Part shown: piece after piece, positions 9,439 to 18,690 of the stretch
How the letters are laid out: the number at the start of each line of letters is the position of its first letter
How positions within the stretch are numbered: position 1 is the stretch's first letter
NCBI GenBank assembly: GCA_021800365.1
Contig: JAJYZA010000001.1
Coordinates: 147,377-211,376 of the forward strand
DNA: 64,000 nucleotides
Direction: 5' to 3'
Source: Nanobdellota archaeon
GTDB lineage: Archaea > Nanobdellota > Nanobdellia > Parvarchaeales > Parvarchaeaceae
The notes under the pieces: model-generated
Databases searched by the model: none
Told to the model about the DNA's origin: nothing
Seen by the model: the letters and a program-made list of their open reading frames with translations, nothing else
Position numbers and translations under genes: made by a program

Positions 9439-10521
9439 ATGCATCAAACTGAAAATGTAAATCCGGTGGAGGGGGCACTTAACAAGCTGTTTTCTACTAT
9501 AGAGGTCCTATCTACAAAAATAGATGAATTAAACGAAAGAGTCGATTATATGAGCTCCTTTGTGGGTTTAGACGTTGGTGAAGAAGGAAAAACCGAGCAT
9601 ATTGAACCCCCGGGTCAGCTTGCTGGTTTATCGTTTGATATACTAGAAAAGATACTGCCTTCGAAAGACGCAAATAGCATACGCTCTTATTTTCTTCGAG
9701 TACTAAGTCTGTTTAGGAAATATATAAAATCGATAGTCGTCTTCGGAAGTTCTAAGACAAAGACTGGTATGACCAGTACATCGGACATAGACGTCGCATT
9801 TATAGTAGATGACACAGATATTCAGAAATTTACGCTAGAACAGCTTAAAGACAGGCTATTCACAAAAATGGCCGAGATTGCAAGGGATTTCTCAGATAAA
9901 ATACATGCCCAAGCATACCCGCTCTCAGAATTCTGGGCATCGATAATAAAGCCAAACCCCGTTATCCTTACCCTTTTGAGGGACGGTGTAGCTGTGTATG
10001 ATACAGGATACTTCGTACCAATACAATTACTTTACAAAACCGGAAATATAGTGCCAACAAAAGAATCGATAGATTCCAACATAGAAAATGCAGAGGGCTT
10101 ATTGATGCTAGCCGATAATGTACTTACGACAAAACTGACTCTGGACCTTTATAATTCTGTTGTTGCCGCTGGTCAAGCATTACTCATGGAATACGGTTAC
10201 CTGCCACCCGTGCCAAAAGAGGTGAGCAGAGATTTGATGGTTGTCGCCGTTGAGAAGGAGAAGGTTCTTACCAAAGACGATGTAGAAAAGATTGATGACA
10301 TCATTAAGTGGTTTAAAAAAATAGACCACGGTGAACTAAAGAGTGTAACTGGCGAAGAGTATTCAAAGAAACAAAAATATAGTAGAGAAGTTGTTGATAA
10401 AATACTTGGAATAATACAGAACTTACGAGAAAAGAAAGGGATGCCAAAGCCAGCGATCGACAAGAGCCTCTTGAAAACGGCCGAATCGAACAGCGACAAA
10501 TATAATCCCCAAGCTAAGTAG
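9439..10521 (+). CDS. Polymerase-beta superfamily nucleotidyltransferase fused to C-terminal HEPN-like helical domain, with N-terminal coiled-coil extension
   Basis: It carries the motif FGSSKTKTGMTSTSDIDVAFIVDD (GS-x11-DxD). The C-terminal helical region resembles a HEPN/KNTase C-domain. A GGAGG sits before the ATG. Confidence 0.6.
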   Translation: MHQTENVNPVEGALNKLFSTIEVLSTKIDELNERVDYMSSFVGLDVGEEGKTEHIEPPGQLAGLSFDILEKILPSKDANSIRSYFLRVLSLFRKYIKSIVVFGSSKTKTGMTSTSDIDVAFIVDDTDIQKFTLEQLKDRLFTKMAEIARDFSDKIHAQAYPLSEFWASIIKPNPVILTLLRDGVAVYDTGYFVPIQLLYKTGNIVPTKESIDSNIENAEGLLMLADNVLTTKLTLDLYNSVVAAGQALLMEYGYLPPVPKEVSRDLMVVAVEKEKVLTKDDVEKIDDIIKWFKKIDHGELKSVTGEEYSKKQKYSREVVDKILGIIQNLREKKGMPKPAIDKSLLKTAESNSDKYNPQAK

Positions 10522-10522
10522 T

Positions 10523-10777
10523 ATGTCTGCAAAGATAGTCTCTTTTAGGCGTGGAAGAAAAACCCAAAATGTGCTGCAAGCGGTTTTAAAATTAAGTGAC
10601 GTATACGATCGGGAGTCTGCCAAAAAGTACCTAGGTAAACGAGTCGAGTTACCTTTTTCAAAAACTTCGATAAAGGGCGTTATTACGCGTACCCACGGCG
10701 ATAACGGAAAGGTCGTGGCTAGATTTCACAGAGGACTACCGGGACAAGCTCTAACAAAAGAAGTAAAACTACTCTAA
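10523..10777 (+). CDS. rpl35ae: Ribosomal protein L35Ae (eL33)
   Basis: The block GKVVARFHRGLPGQALTKEV matches the L35Ae signature. It is 84 aa and starts 2 nt after the NTase stop. Confidence 0.8.
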   Translation: MSAKIVSFRRGRKTQNVLQAVLKLSDVYDRESAKKYLGKRVELPFSKTSIKGVITRTHGDNGKVVARFHRGLPGQALTKEVKLL

Positions 10778-11812
10778 TTTTCTGTATTCTTCCAACATAT
10801 CCTTAAATTCGCGTTCGGAACGAAAACCCTTATCATTTAGCACAGTCTTTGTGCCATAAGCATCAACGCTCTTTTCTTTAGACTTGAGATAAGACGCTAA
10901 TTCGGCGGTGGTGTAATAAGAAACGGCGTCGCTTTCTCCTTTCATTGTCTGGAGATACCGCTTAACCCTCTCGTCTTGCGCCAAGTTATACATTGTTTTT
11001 ACTAGATCCCTTTCGAATAGTCTACCGAGCCAAAGCGGCCCTATCTCTATGTTTTTTTCGCCGCAAAATTCACAGTGGTCGCTATGCATTAATGACCTGT
11101 TTGGACACGAGGTACATTGATAAATATAACCCAATTTACGGCGTGCATCGGCTTTTCCTGCCCTAAAGTATACTCTTAAGTAATGGCGCCTGACGTCAAA
11201 AAATAACGGGGTGACGGACCTGTCATACATGTTCGCTATTTCCTCAGTCCGCTTTATAAGAATCCTCAACCCAACTTCATTAAAATATGAAGTCTTAAAA
11301 GATTTCGCGCCATATTTCAAAGTACCTGCCCTCGTCGCTTTTCCATATAGCGCGGCGCCGTCCGTCGCCGTTAATGCCATAACGCCACCATACCTTACTT
11401 TAGGCATTGCCTGAAGGAGATATCTTACTGGTGACCCGAACGGGTCTATGTCCAGATAGTCATAACCTTCTTTTGAAGAATAGATATCGGTTGCATCGAA
11501 AGAGGTCACGTCAATTTTTGATTTCAATTTCGACGTATTCAGTTTGACGTTTTTTGATATGATTGCACTGGTCTTTAGGTCATTTATGCGCATAAGGTTA
11601 AACGCATTAGTTTCAGACGCCAGTCTTAATCCTCTAACACCACTGCCCCCAAATAGATCTATGCCTCTAAGTTCATGTTTGCCAAGTGCATTTATGAATA
11701 TGACGTTAAGGTCTCTATCAAAATCCCTCATAGGATTAAAAAACACCTTAGAATCACGTGTCTGTTTATTTTCGGCAAAAAATTTTATTTTGCCTTCAGT
11801 AAAAAGTTCCAT
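10769..11812 (-). CDS. trm1: tRNA (guanine26-N2)-dimethyltransferase Trm1
   Basis: It has the N-terminal block FFNPMRDFDRDLNVIF (Trm1 compare FYNPVQEFNRDLS) and the SAM-MTase block LFGGSGVRGLRLASE. Confidence 0.8.
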   Translation of the reverse strand: MELFTEGKIKFFAENKQTRDSKVFFNPMRDFDRDLNVIFINALGKHELRGIDLFGGSGVRGLRLASETNAFNLMRINDLKTSAIISKNVKLNTSKLKSKIDVTSFDATDIYSSKEGYDYLDIDPFGSPVRYLLQAMPKVRYGGVMALTATDGAALYGKATRAGTLKYGAKSFKTSYFNEVGLRILIKRTEEIANMYDRSVTPLFFDVRRHYLRVYFRAGKADARRKLGYIYQCTSCPNRSLMHSDHCEFCGEKNIEIGPLWLGRLFERDLVKTMYNLAQDERVKRYLQTMKGESDAVSYYTTAELASYLKSKEKSVDAYGTKTVLNDKGFRSEREFKDMLEEYRKLE

Positions 11813-12065
11813 ACCCTATCAAAAATATTAACCCCAGAGAATAAAAAAGTTTTATATAACGATTAACCACTTATAGATTCGTGAGTGACGACAAAGGAAA
11901 ACTAGAATTTATACTTTTTAAGGGTGTTTCAGAAAATATTGGTGTCTTGAAAGAGGCTTACGGACCCTGCACAGCCAAGCAAAGATAGTTGGCGTGCACA
12001 AGCATTTAAGAGATTATGAGTGTACTAAGTGTCTGACTGTAAAGGTAATCTGGTAAAAAGAGGGA

Positions 12066-12689
12066 TTAAACCCCGAATCTTTTCTTAAGTTCTTCTACTC
12101 GGTTTTCTTCGGTTTTTAACGTTAAATCTACTTCTTTCGCGGCTTCTTCTGCAATACGTTTTTGTCTTGCCGACAATGCCTTTTCATACAGAGAATTTAG
12201 GAGATTCTCCCAATAAAACGCGTAAATTGGCGGCAATGCCAGTTCGGGCCTTTTTGCGACATAAATAGTGCGCGGGATATAACTAGTTATATATTTTTTG
12301 TTTTCCTTATAGCTTGTGAAACCAGTGCCAACTGGTTTGTGGGTAACACCATCAAGACCATACTTAGTTTCAGATTGAACATTGTTGGCTGAAAATACTA
12401 ACTTGTCATTACACTTAATGTCTATTGTTCCTTGGCTACTGTCGAATTTTATCTCCAGTAATCCCTCCCGATTAGATAGGAGACAATAGCGCTTATCTGC
12501 AAATAGATAGTCATATTCATGAATTATGTGCGACCAGTCCCCATCTGTCCTGTAATAATGCCCTAATTCCTCTGCAACAATCGCAGCCTTCTCAATTATA
12601 TTGAGTTTCAGCGCTCTTTTTTTTCTGCTATCAACGATTTCATCAACCGTCGTCGGTTTTATACCCAGTAATTCATACAAAAATCCCAT
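12066..12689 (-). CDS. Hypothetical protein
   Basis: It is a clean 207-aa ORF with a KE-rich C-terminal helix. No motif was recognised. Confidence 0.4.
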   Translation of the reverse strand: MGFLYELLGIKPTTVDEIVDSRKKRALKLNIIEKAAIVAEELGHYYRTDGDWSHIIHEYDYLFADKRYCLLSNREGLLEIKFDSSQGTIDIKCNDKLVFSANNVQSETKYGLDGVTHKPVGTGFTSYKENKKYITSYIPRTIYVAKRPELALPPIYAFYWENLLNSLYEKALSARQKRIAEEAAKEVDLTLKTEENRVEELKKRFGV

Positions 12690-12859
12690 ATTATTTTTCC
12701 TCCACGGCGTGTAGCTGTTATTTAATTAGTAATTTTATGAATAGTTCAAGTATAAATACCTTTAGTAGAATTTTTTAGTATTTTTGCTGTGTTATATACT
12801 GACTTATCGCATTCCTGTCATAAGAGATAATACCTTTTATTAGTTAAACAAGAACAAAA

Positions 12860-13408
12860 ATGGTTTACAGTAAACTTTATATACTAAAAGCGCCATTGTG
12901 GTTTAATATAAACATAATGGAAACAAACATACTTCCTAAAGATGTGATGCAGGGTATTTTTGATATAGTCAAAAAAGGCGAAAAGCTGTATGTAGTGCTA
13001 AAAGAAGAAGATACCTCGGCGGAAAATAAGGTTAAAGAGCTATTAGGAGAGGATGATATAGAATTTTTAGATTTATTTGACCTAATACATGAACACATAC
13101 TCAAGGACTTGTGCGACAGCACCAGTATATTCGATAGCGAACCGCTTTTGGAAAAACTCGGCTTTCGGCGATTTACCGAAATTTTTTATGATTTGACAAA
13201 ACTAGAGCAAACGAAGAAAGTGCTATTTAATTATGCTCTTTTAGGAAGACGTGGAAACGCCGGCATGCTTCAGAATCTTGAAGGACGAAGACTTAGCAAG
13301 AGTGTTATAGTACTCCCTTCTGAAAATGAAAAGGAGGTAGAAGCATTTATTAAAAAGTGGAACGTGAAGTATAACAAGAGACAGATACTTCGGTTCTTGG
13401 AGGAATAA
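12860..13408 (+). CDS. Hypothetical protein upstream of and probably co-transcribed with cdc48 (start may be at 12917)
   Basis: The ORF ends 3 nt before the cdc48 start. Acidic/helical composition. No known motif. Confidence 0.4.
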   Translation: MVYSKLYILKAPLWFNINIMETNILPKDVMQGIFDIVKKGEKLYVVLKEEDTSAENKVKELLGEDDIEFLDLFDLIHEHILKDLCDSTSIFDSEPLLEKLGFRRFTEIFYDLTKLEQTKKVLFNYALLGRRGNAGMLQNLEGRRLSKSVIVLPSENEKEVEAFIKKWNVKYNKRQILRFLEE

Positions 13409-13411
13409 AGA

Positions 13412-15700
13412 ATGGAAAACAGTGAAATAGGGATAGCTCTTAAAGTAGCAGAAGCCCATCAAGATGATATCGGCTTGAATACAATAAGGATAGATACAAC
13501 ATCAATGAAACAGATAGGCGTCAGAGCGGGAGATTATCTAGAGATAGAAGGCAACCGTAAAACAATAGCCAGAGTTGAAAGGGCATATCCAGCAGATTTA
13601 AATCTTAGAATAATAAGAATGGATGGAACTACGAGGAAGAATGCAAAAGCCGGCATAGGCGAAAACGTAATGGTTAGAAGGGCAGAGGTTACGGAGGCGG
13701 ATGTAGTGAATTTAGCACCAGCCTCTAACGCGGCTATGAAGGGTGCAGAAGAGCTAATAGGCAGGCTTATCAATGGTCGCGCGCTCTCCAAAGGAGACTT
13801 AGTAACAATAGGAAACGGCAGCCGGGGTGGGCCAATGTCAATGTTTGGTGACAGTGACATATTTGATCTCGTATTTCAAGCAGGCGGTTTACCTCAACAA
13901 CTATTCGGTTTCTCCGAATTTAGATTCATAGTCACATCCACGTCTCCAAAAGGCTACGTAATAGTAACAGACGAAACAGAAATAAACATATCCGCTGAAC
14001 CAGTAAAATTAGCGGAGGAAGGTCGAACAAAGCACATAAGTTATGAAGATGTTGGGGGACTTTCCGACGCGGTCGGTAAAATAAGAGAGATGGTAGAGAT
14101 GCCTCTAAAACATCCGGAGATATTTATGCGTTTGGGCGTAAACCCCCCAAAAGGTGTTTTGTTATACGGTCCTCCGGGAACCGGAAAAACGCTATTAGCA
14201 AGAGCTGTTGCAGACGAAAGTGAAGCACATTTTATTTCCATAAATGGCCCGGAAGTTATGAGCAAATGGGTTGGAGACGCAGAGAAGAAGCTACGAGAAT
14301 TGTTCGAAGAAGCGGAGAAAAATGCACCAGCGATAATCTTCATCGATGAAATAGATGCGATAGCTACGAAGAGAGAAGAAAGCGTTGGAGAAGTAGAACA
14401 TCGCGTAGTCTCGCAATTGCTGACTTTAATGGACGGATTAAAGGGCCGTGGAAAGGTAATTGTAATTGCAGCCACGAATAGACCTAATGCAATAGATCCT
14501 GCGCTTAGAAGACCTGGCAGATTTGATAGAGAAGTGATGATCGGTGTACCGAATGACACTGGAAGGCTTGAAATTCTTAAGATACACACGAGAAATATGC
14601 CAATGGAAAAAACTGTTGATCTAGCGTATCTCTCCAAAATAACATATGGGTTTGTTGGGGCCGACCTAGAATCACTTGTAAAGGAAGCGGCAATGAACGT
14701 TATAAGGAGAAATATAAGTGAACTCAATTTAAAAGAAAACGAAAATATACCGAAAAGTGTGCTTGAGAAGCTAGTTGTAAAAATGGATGACTTCACTGAG
14801 GCGTTGCGGTTCGTGAGGCCAAGCGCAATGCGTGAAGTCTTAGTAGAAAAACCAAACGTTGGATGGAAAGATATCGGCGGATTGGAACGAGTTAAGGAAC
14901 AACTTAAAGAGGCTGTCGAATGGCCTCTTAAGTACCCTGATGCATTTAAGAAAGTTGGTATAACACCACCGAAGGGCATACTCTTATATGGACCACCCGG
15001 GACTGGAAAGACGTTGTTAGCTAAAGCAGTTGCAAATGAAACCGAATCTAACTTTATCGCGATAAAGGGGCCGGAGATTTATAACAAATACGTTGGCGAA
15101 AGCGAAAAAAGGATAAGAGAGATTTTTGATAAAGCTAGGCAAGTTTCACCAGCGATAATCTTCATAGACGAAATCGACAGTATTGCGTCATCTAGATCAA
15201 CGTACGAAACTAATAATGTATCTGAGCAGGTCGTGAACCAGTTATTAACGGAACTTGATGGCATTGAGCCTCTCAAAAATGTCGTAGTTATTGCAGCAAC
15301 AAATCGAATTGACAGAATCGATTCTGCGATATTGAGGTCGGGAAGATTTGATAGCATAGTATTTGTTCCTCCTCCAAATGAACGAGAGAGACGCGCTATT
15401 TTCAAAGTATACTTAGATCGTATGCCAATAGACGGCGATAAAGAAAAATTAGTGGAATATCTGGCCTCGAAATCAGATGGATACGTTGGATCCGACATAG
15501 AGCGCCTGGCCAAAGAGGCTGGGATGATAGCCCTAAGAAATAATATTGGTGCCGACAAGGTATCAAAAGAGGACTTTGAAAAGGCATTTGAAATAATCAA
15601 ACCTAGCCTTACGCCGGATGAAGTAAAAAAATATGCAGAGACCGCGAGTAAAGTATACGCAAAGAAATCTAAATCAGACGAACTTAACTATTTCGGGTAA
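13412..15700 (+). CDS. cdc48: AAA+ ATPase Cdc48/VAT (two AAA domains)
   Basis: It has two Walker A GPPGTGKTLLA and two Walker B IIFIDEID blocks, plus an N-terminal double-psi barrel-like region. Confidence 0.95.
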   Translation: MENSEIGIALKVAEAHQDDIGLNTIRIDTTSMKQIGVRAGDYLEIEGNRKTIARVERAYPADLNLRIIRMDGTTRKNAKAGIGENVMVRRAEVTEADVVNLAPASNAAMKGAEELIGRLINGRALSKGDLVTIGNGSRGGPMSMFGDSDIFDLVFQAGGLPQQLFGFSEFRFIVTSTSPKGYVIVTDETEINISAEPVKLAEEGRTKHISYEDVGGLSDAVGKIREMVEMPLKHPEIFMRLGVNPPKGVLLYGPPGTGKTLLARAVADESEAHFISINGPEVMSKWVGDAEKKLRELFEEAEKNAPAIIFIDEIDAIATKREESVGEVEHRVVSQLLTLMDGLKGRGKVIVIAATNRPNAIDPALRRPGRFDREVMIGVPNDTGRLEILKIHTRNMPMEKTVDLAYLSKITYGFVGADLESLVKEAAMNVIRRNISELNLKENENIPKSVLEKLVVKMDDFTEALRFVRPSAMREVLVEKPNVGWKDIGGLERVKEQLKEAVEWPLKYPDAFKKVGITPPKGILLYGPPGTGKTLLAKAVANETESNFIAIKGPEIYNKYVGESEKRIREIFDKARQVSPAIIFIDEIDSIASSRSTYETNNVSEQVVNQLLTELDGIEPLKNVVVIAATNRIDRIDSAILRSGRFDSIVFVPPPNERERRAIFKVYLDRMPIDGDKEKLVEYLASKSDGYVGSDIERLAKEAGMIALRNNIGADKVSKEDFEKAFEIIKPSLTPDEVKKYAETASKVYAKKSKSDELNYFG

Positions 15701-15705
15701 AAATA

Positions 15706-16365
15706 ATGGAGTACGAAGACCTATATCGCCTTATCCTCGATGATGAGCTTGGTTGGGAACATCTAATATCCTCGATAGTCCGGGAGGAAGAGATGGATCC
15801 AATGGACATAGATATCATAAAAATAACCGATGGATTTCTATCTATAATAGCAAATAATAAGATAGATTTCAGATACGGCGGAAAATTCGTACATACTGCT
15901 GCCATCTTGTTAAAAATGAAATCTGACAGAGTTACAGACGAGATATTGAAGAAAAACATTGAACTCGAGGAAGAGCAACTAAGTAGATACGTTAAAGCTA
16001 TTCCATTCGATATCTCGATAATGCCAAAGATACCGATAATACGAAATAGAAAAATAACTTTCACAGAATTAATAGAAACTATAAGAGAATCTCTTAGGTA
16101 TAGTGTTAAGCCAAAAATAAACTTCAAAATAGAACTTAAAGAAATAAAGATGGAGGATCGAATAAAATTTCTTATAGAAAAATTAATAAAGCTTTTCGCG
16201 TATGGGGAAGTTATAGCATTTTCTGACCTATTAACGAAAAAAGATAGAAAAGAATTTATATATACGTTTCTCCCTCTGCTCTTCTTAACAAATATGGGAC
16301 GCGTAGAACTTGAGCAAGAGGAACCATTTAAAGAATTGTATGTCAAGAATAAAAGAGTCGGTTGA
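15706..16365 (+). CDS. scpA: Segregation and condensation protein A (ScpA kleisin)
   Basis: The N-terminal ...MDPMDIDIIKITDGFLSII... pattern is typical of ScpA. It is immediately followed by scpB, with smc 2.3 kb downstream. Confidence 0.65.
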   Translation: MEYEDLYRLILDDELGWEHLISSIVREEEMDPMDIDIIKITDGFLSIIANNKIDFRYGGKFVHTAAILLKMKSDRVTDEILKKNIELEEEQLSRYVKAIPFDISIMPKIPIIRNRKITFTELIETIRESLRYSVKPKINFKIELKEIKMEDRIKFLIEKLIKLFAYGEVIAFSDLLTKKDRKEFIYTFLPLLFLTNMGRVELEQEEPFKELYVKNKRVG

Positions 16366-16873
16366 AGCGCTTATATTCGCATTCGGGGATGGAATAAAGC
16401 TAGAGGAATTGAAGACACGTATAAAGGCCGACCCGCTCTTAATTAAAAAAGCGATAAAAGAACTAAACAAAGATTATGTTTCCAGGGGAAGTGCATTTAG
16501 TATCGTCGAAGAAGGAGATTTTTATAGAATGCGGCTTAGACAAGATTTAGTACCGTTAATCGAGAATAACCTCAAGACGGATATTAAACGGGGAGTACTG
16601 ATGACTTTAAGCGTTATAGCAACTAGTGGCAAGATAAAACAAGCTGATCTTGTAAAAATGCGAGGAAGCCTTTCTTATCAGCATGTTAAAGAGCTCGTCT
16701 CGCGTGGTCTGGTCACAACCTCGACGGAAAATAAACATAAGATAATCCGGCTTTCACCTACATTCTATGACTATTTTGACATAAACAGTAAAGAGTTCAA
16801 AGAAATTACTGAAGACATAAAAAGAGAATTAGACAAACAAGAAGAACAGACGGTAAACTATAGACCAAAGTGA
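16340..16873 (+). CDS. scpB: Segregation and condensation protein B (ScpB)
   Basis: It starts SVEALIFAFGDGIKLEEL (ScpB compare EALLFvsGePlsleeL) and has two winged-helix-like halves. Confidence 0.65.
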   Translation: MSRIKESVEALIFAFGDGIKLEELKTRIKADPLLIKKAIKELNKDYVSRGSAFSIVEEGDFYRMRLRQDLVPLIENNLKTDIKRGVLMTLSVIATSGKIKQADLVKMRGSLSYQHVKELVSRGLVTTSTENKHKIIRLSPTFYDYFDINSKEFKEITEDIKRELDKQEEQTVNYRPK

Positions 16874-16908
16874 TAATTCAATCGAACTATGTTAAAACTA
16901 TTGTTAAT

Positions 16909-17490
16909 TTAAAATATAACTATCTTCTTTTTTAATTCTACCGGTTTTTCGGCTGGCTTAGGAGGCTCTTTTATATTTTCCTCCTTTTGTTTTTGGATTA
17001 CCGTTTGTGCGGTGGGTGTTGGTGATTGCACTTGACCATAAGACACTGCCGCATTACCACTAGACTTTACTTTTTCTATAGCATCGCTTATTGTGGCGGA
17101 GAATTGTGAAAGTTCGTCTGGCCCGACCGTTTTTGGCTGCCATACATAGTTAACCGTGTCATCATTATATCTGGGGATGGCATGGATAAGCGCATGCGGA
17201 GTAAAATTGCCTTTTCTTAATTCTTGCGTATACACTAAATCGACATTTGTCACACCCATAGACAAAAGTATTGCATACGCGACTGCTCTGGCTATCGATA
17301 ACAAGCCAAGGTAATCTTTTTGAGGCATTTCGTAAAGACTATTGAAGTGGGTTTTTGGCATTATTATTGTATGCCCGTTCGTCGCCGGGTTTATATCTAA
17401 CACTGCAATTGTCAATTCGTCTTCATAAACTATATTTGATTTGATTGCTTTTGTAACGATTTGACAGAATATGCAGTTATTCTCTTCCAT
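16909..17490 (-). CDS. HIT-family (histidine triad-like) hydrolase with PT/KE-rich C-terminal extension
   Basis: It has the N-terminal CIFCQI..., then GHTIIMPKTH and a His cluster HALIHAIP. Confidence 0.55.
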   Translation of the reverse strand: MEENNCIFCQIVTKAIKSNIVYEDELTIAVLDINPATNGHTIIMPKTHFNSLYEMPQKDYLGLLSIARAVAYAILLSMGVTNVDLVYTQELRKGNFTPHALIHAIPRYNDDTVNYVWQPKTVGPDELSQFSATISDAIEKVKSSGNAAVSYGQVQSPTPTAQTVIQKQKEENIKEPPKPAEKPVELKKKIVIF

Positions 17491-17547
17491 TTTGTGTGTT
17501 ATAACCCAAATAAGAGGTTATTTAAATATAAACATATTCAATGGTAT

Positions 17548-17769
17548 ATGAAAGCAAAAATGACATCGAACTTCTCGGAAGAAGAGAGAAGATACTTAGA
17601 TGCCGTATTAGGGATTGTGCTTTATGCAATCGGTGCTGTATTATTGGCACTTGGATTCGCATGGCTCCTTTATACGAATCTACCTTCTTTAACTTATTCC
17701 GGTGCGGAAGTGGTAGTCGGCGCGCTTACGGTTGGTATAAGTGCCGTCGTATTTAGAGGCAGAAAGTAA
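17548..17769 (+). CDS. Small two-helix membrane protein
   Basis: MKAKMTSNFSEEERRYLDAVLGIVLYAIGAVLLALGFAWLLY... Confidence 0.35.
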   Translation: MKAKMTSNFSEEERRYLDAVLGIVLYAIGAVLLALGFAWLLYTNLPSLTYSGAEVVVGALTVGISAVVFRGRK

Positions 17770-17838
17770 AATTTTATATTTATTTTTATTTTTAATTTTT
17801 TATATTCGCAGATACCACCAATTTAAGTAGTGAAAAAG

Positions 17839-17846
17839 TTTAAATA
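17839..17846 (+). promoter_or_regulatory. Putative TATA box (TTTAAATA) upstream of TrmB-like regulator gene
   Basis: TTTAAATA is the archaeal consensus. It lies about 50 nt upstream of the ATG at 17895 in an AT-rich spacer. Confidence 0.3.
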
Positions 17847-17894
17847 CTAGAGAGACATATAATGCTACTATAAAGTAACGTAGGGGAGGTTTTT

Positions 17895-18689
17895 ATGTCG
17901 TTATCTTTCAGTGAAGATTATGTTGGAAAAATAAGAAGGTTATTTGGTTTAAATCTTTATGAAGCCAAGGTCTGGCTTGCATTGCTTTCGCAAGGTCGAT
18001 CGACGTCCGGTAGACTGAGTGACATTGCGAATATACCAAAATCGCGATCTTATGATATTCTTGTGTCATTAGAAAATGGTGGCTTTGTCGTACATGATTT
18101 GAGTAAGCCTATAAGCTATAGAGCGATTCCCCCCGGTGAGTTAATTGATAAATTGGAGGACAAAGCTAAGGATAACCTAGACCAGAAGATTGCAAAGTTA
18201 AATCAGCTTAAGGAAAGTGCAGTCATGAAAGACCTTCAAACGCTTTATGAAAAGGGCATCAAATTCGTAGAAGAAAACAAGGTCGCTACTTCATACCAAG
18301 GTGCAGAAGCGGCTTATTTCAGGATAAAGAAAAGTATAAAGAATGCAAAGAAAGAGATAGTCCTTATAAGCACGGCAGGATCTCTAGAAAATAAGATAAC
18401 CATATTAGGAAGGGCACTTAAACAGGCTAAAGCGAATGATGTAACAATACATATCTATGCGCCAGTAAAAGATATAAGTGATACACTTGCGGCGGAGATA
18501 AAACAACTAGGAAAGTTTAATAAAACTGATTTGGATATAGGGAGATTCGTTATCGTAGATGAAAATGAGATGTTTATATTTACCGAAAACGAAGCAGAAA
18601 CTCATCCTAGTAATGAAATTGTTTTACACATACGTGGAAAATACCTACCTGAAAAGATAAAGAAACTAGCAGCGGCCCATAGTGCATAA
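17895..18689 (+). CDS. TrmB-family transcriptional regulator
   Basis: The N-terminal HTH LNLYEAKVWLALLSQGRSTSGRLSDIANIPKSRSYDILVSLENGGFV matches the TrmB consensus. Confidence 0.7.
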   Translation: MSLSFSEDYVGKIRRLFGLNLYEAKVWLALLSQGRSTSGRLSDIANIPKSRSYDILVSLENGGFVVHDLSKPISYRAIPPGELIDKLEDKAKDNLDQKIAKLNQLKESAVMKDLQTLYEKGIKFVEENKVATSYQGAEAAYFRIKKSIKNAKKEIVLISTAGSLENKITILGRALKQAKANDVTIHIYAPVKDISDTLAAEIKQLGKFNKTDLDIGRFVIVDENEMFIFTENEAETHPSNEIVLHIRGKYLPEKIKKLAAAHSA

Positions 18690-18690
18690 A

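Noticed and set aside
10197-10623. ORFs 10197-10532 and 10423-10623 (minus)
   Set aside because: They are antisense to the NTase and rpl35ae genes, which have clear motifs.
13534-15600. Antisense ORFs inside cdc48 (13534-13860, 14041-14979, 15079-15600, 15402-15587)
   Set aside because: They are low-complexity Ser/Pro/Thr-rich translations opposite a strongly supported AAA ATPase gene, which is a typical antisense artefact.
15684-16470. Antisense ORFs 15684-16346 and 16285-16470 opposite scpA/scpB
   Set aside because: They are Ser/Ile-rich, have no motif, and are fully overlapped by well-supported genes.
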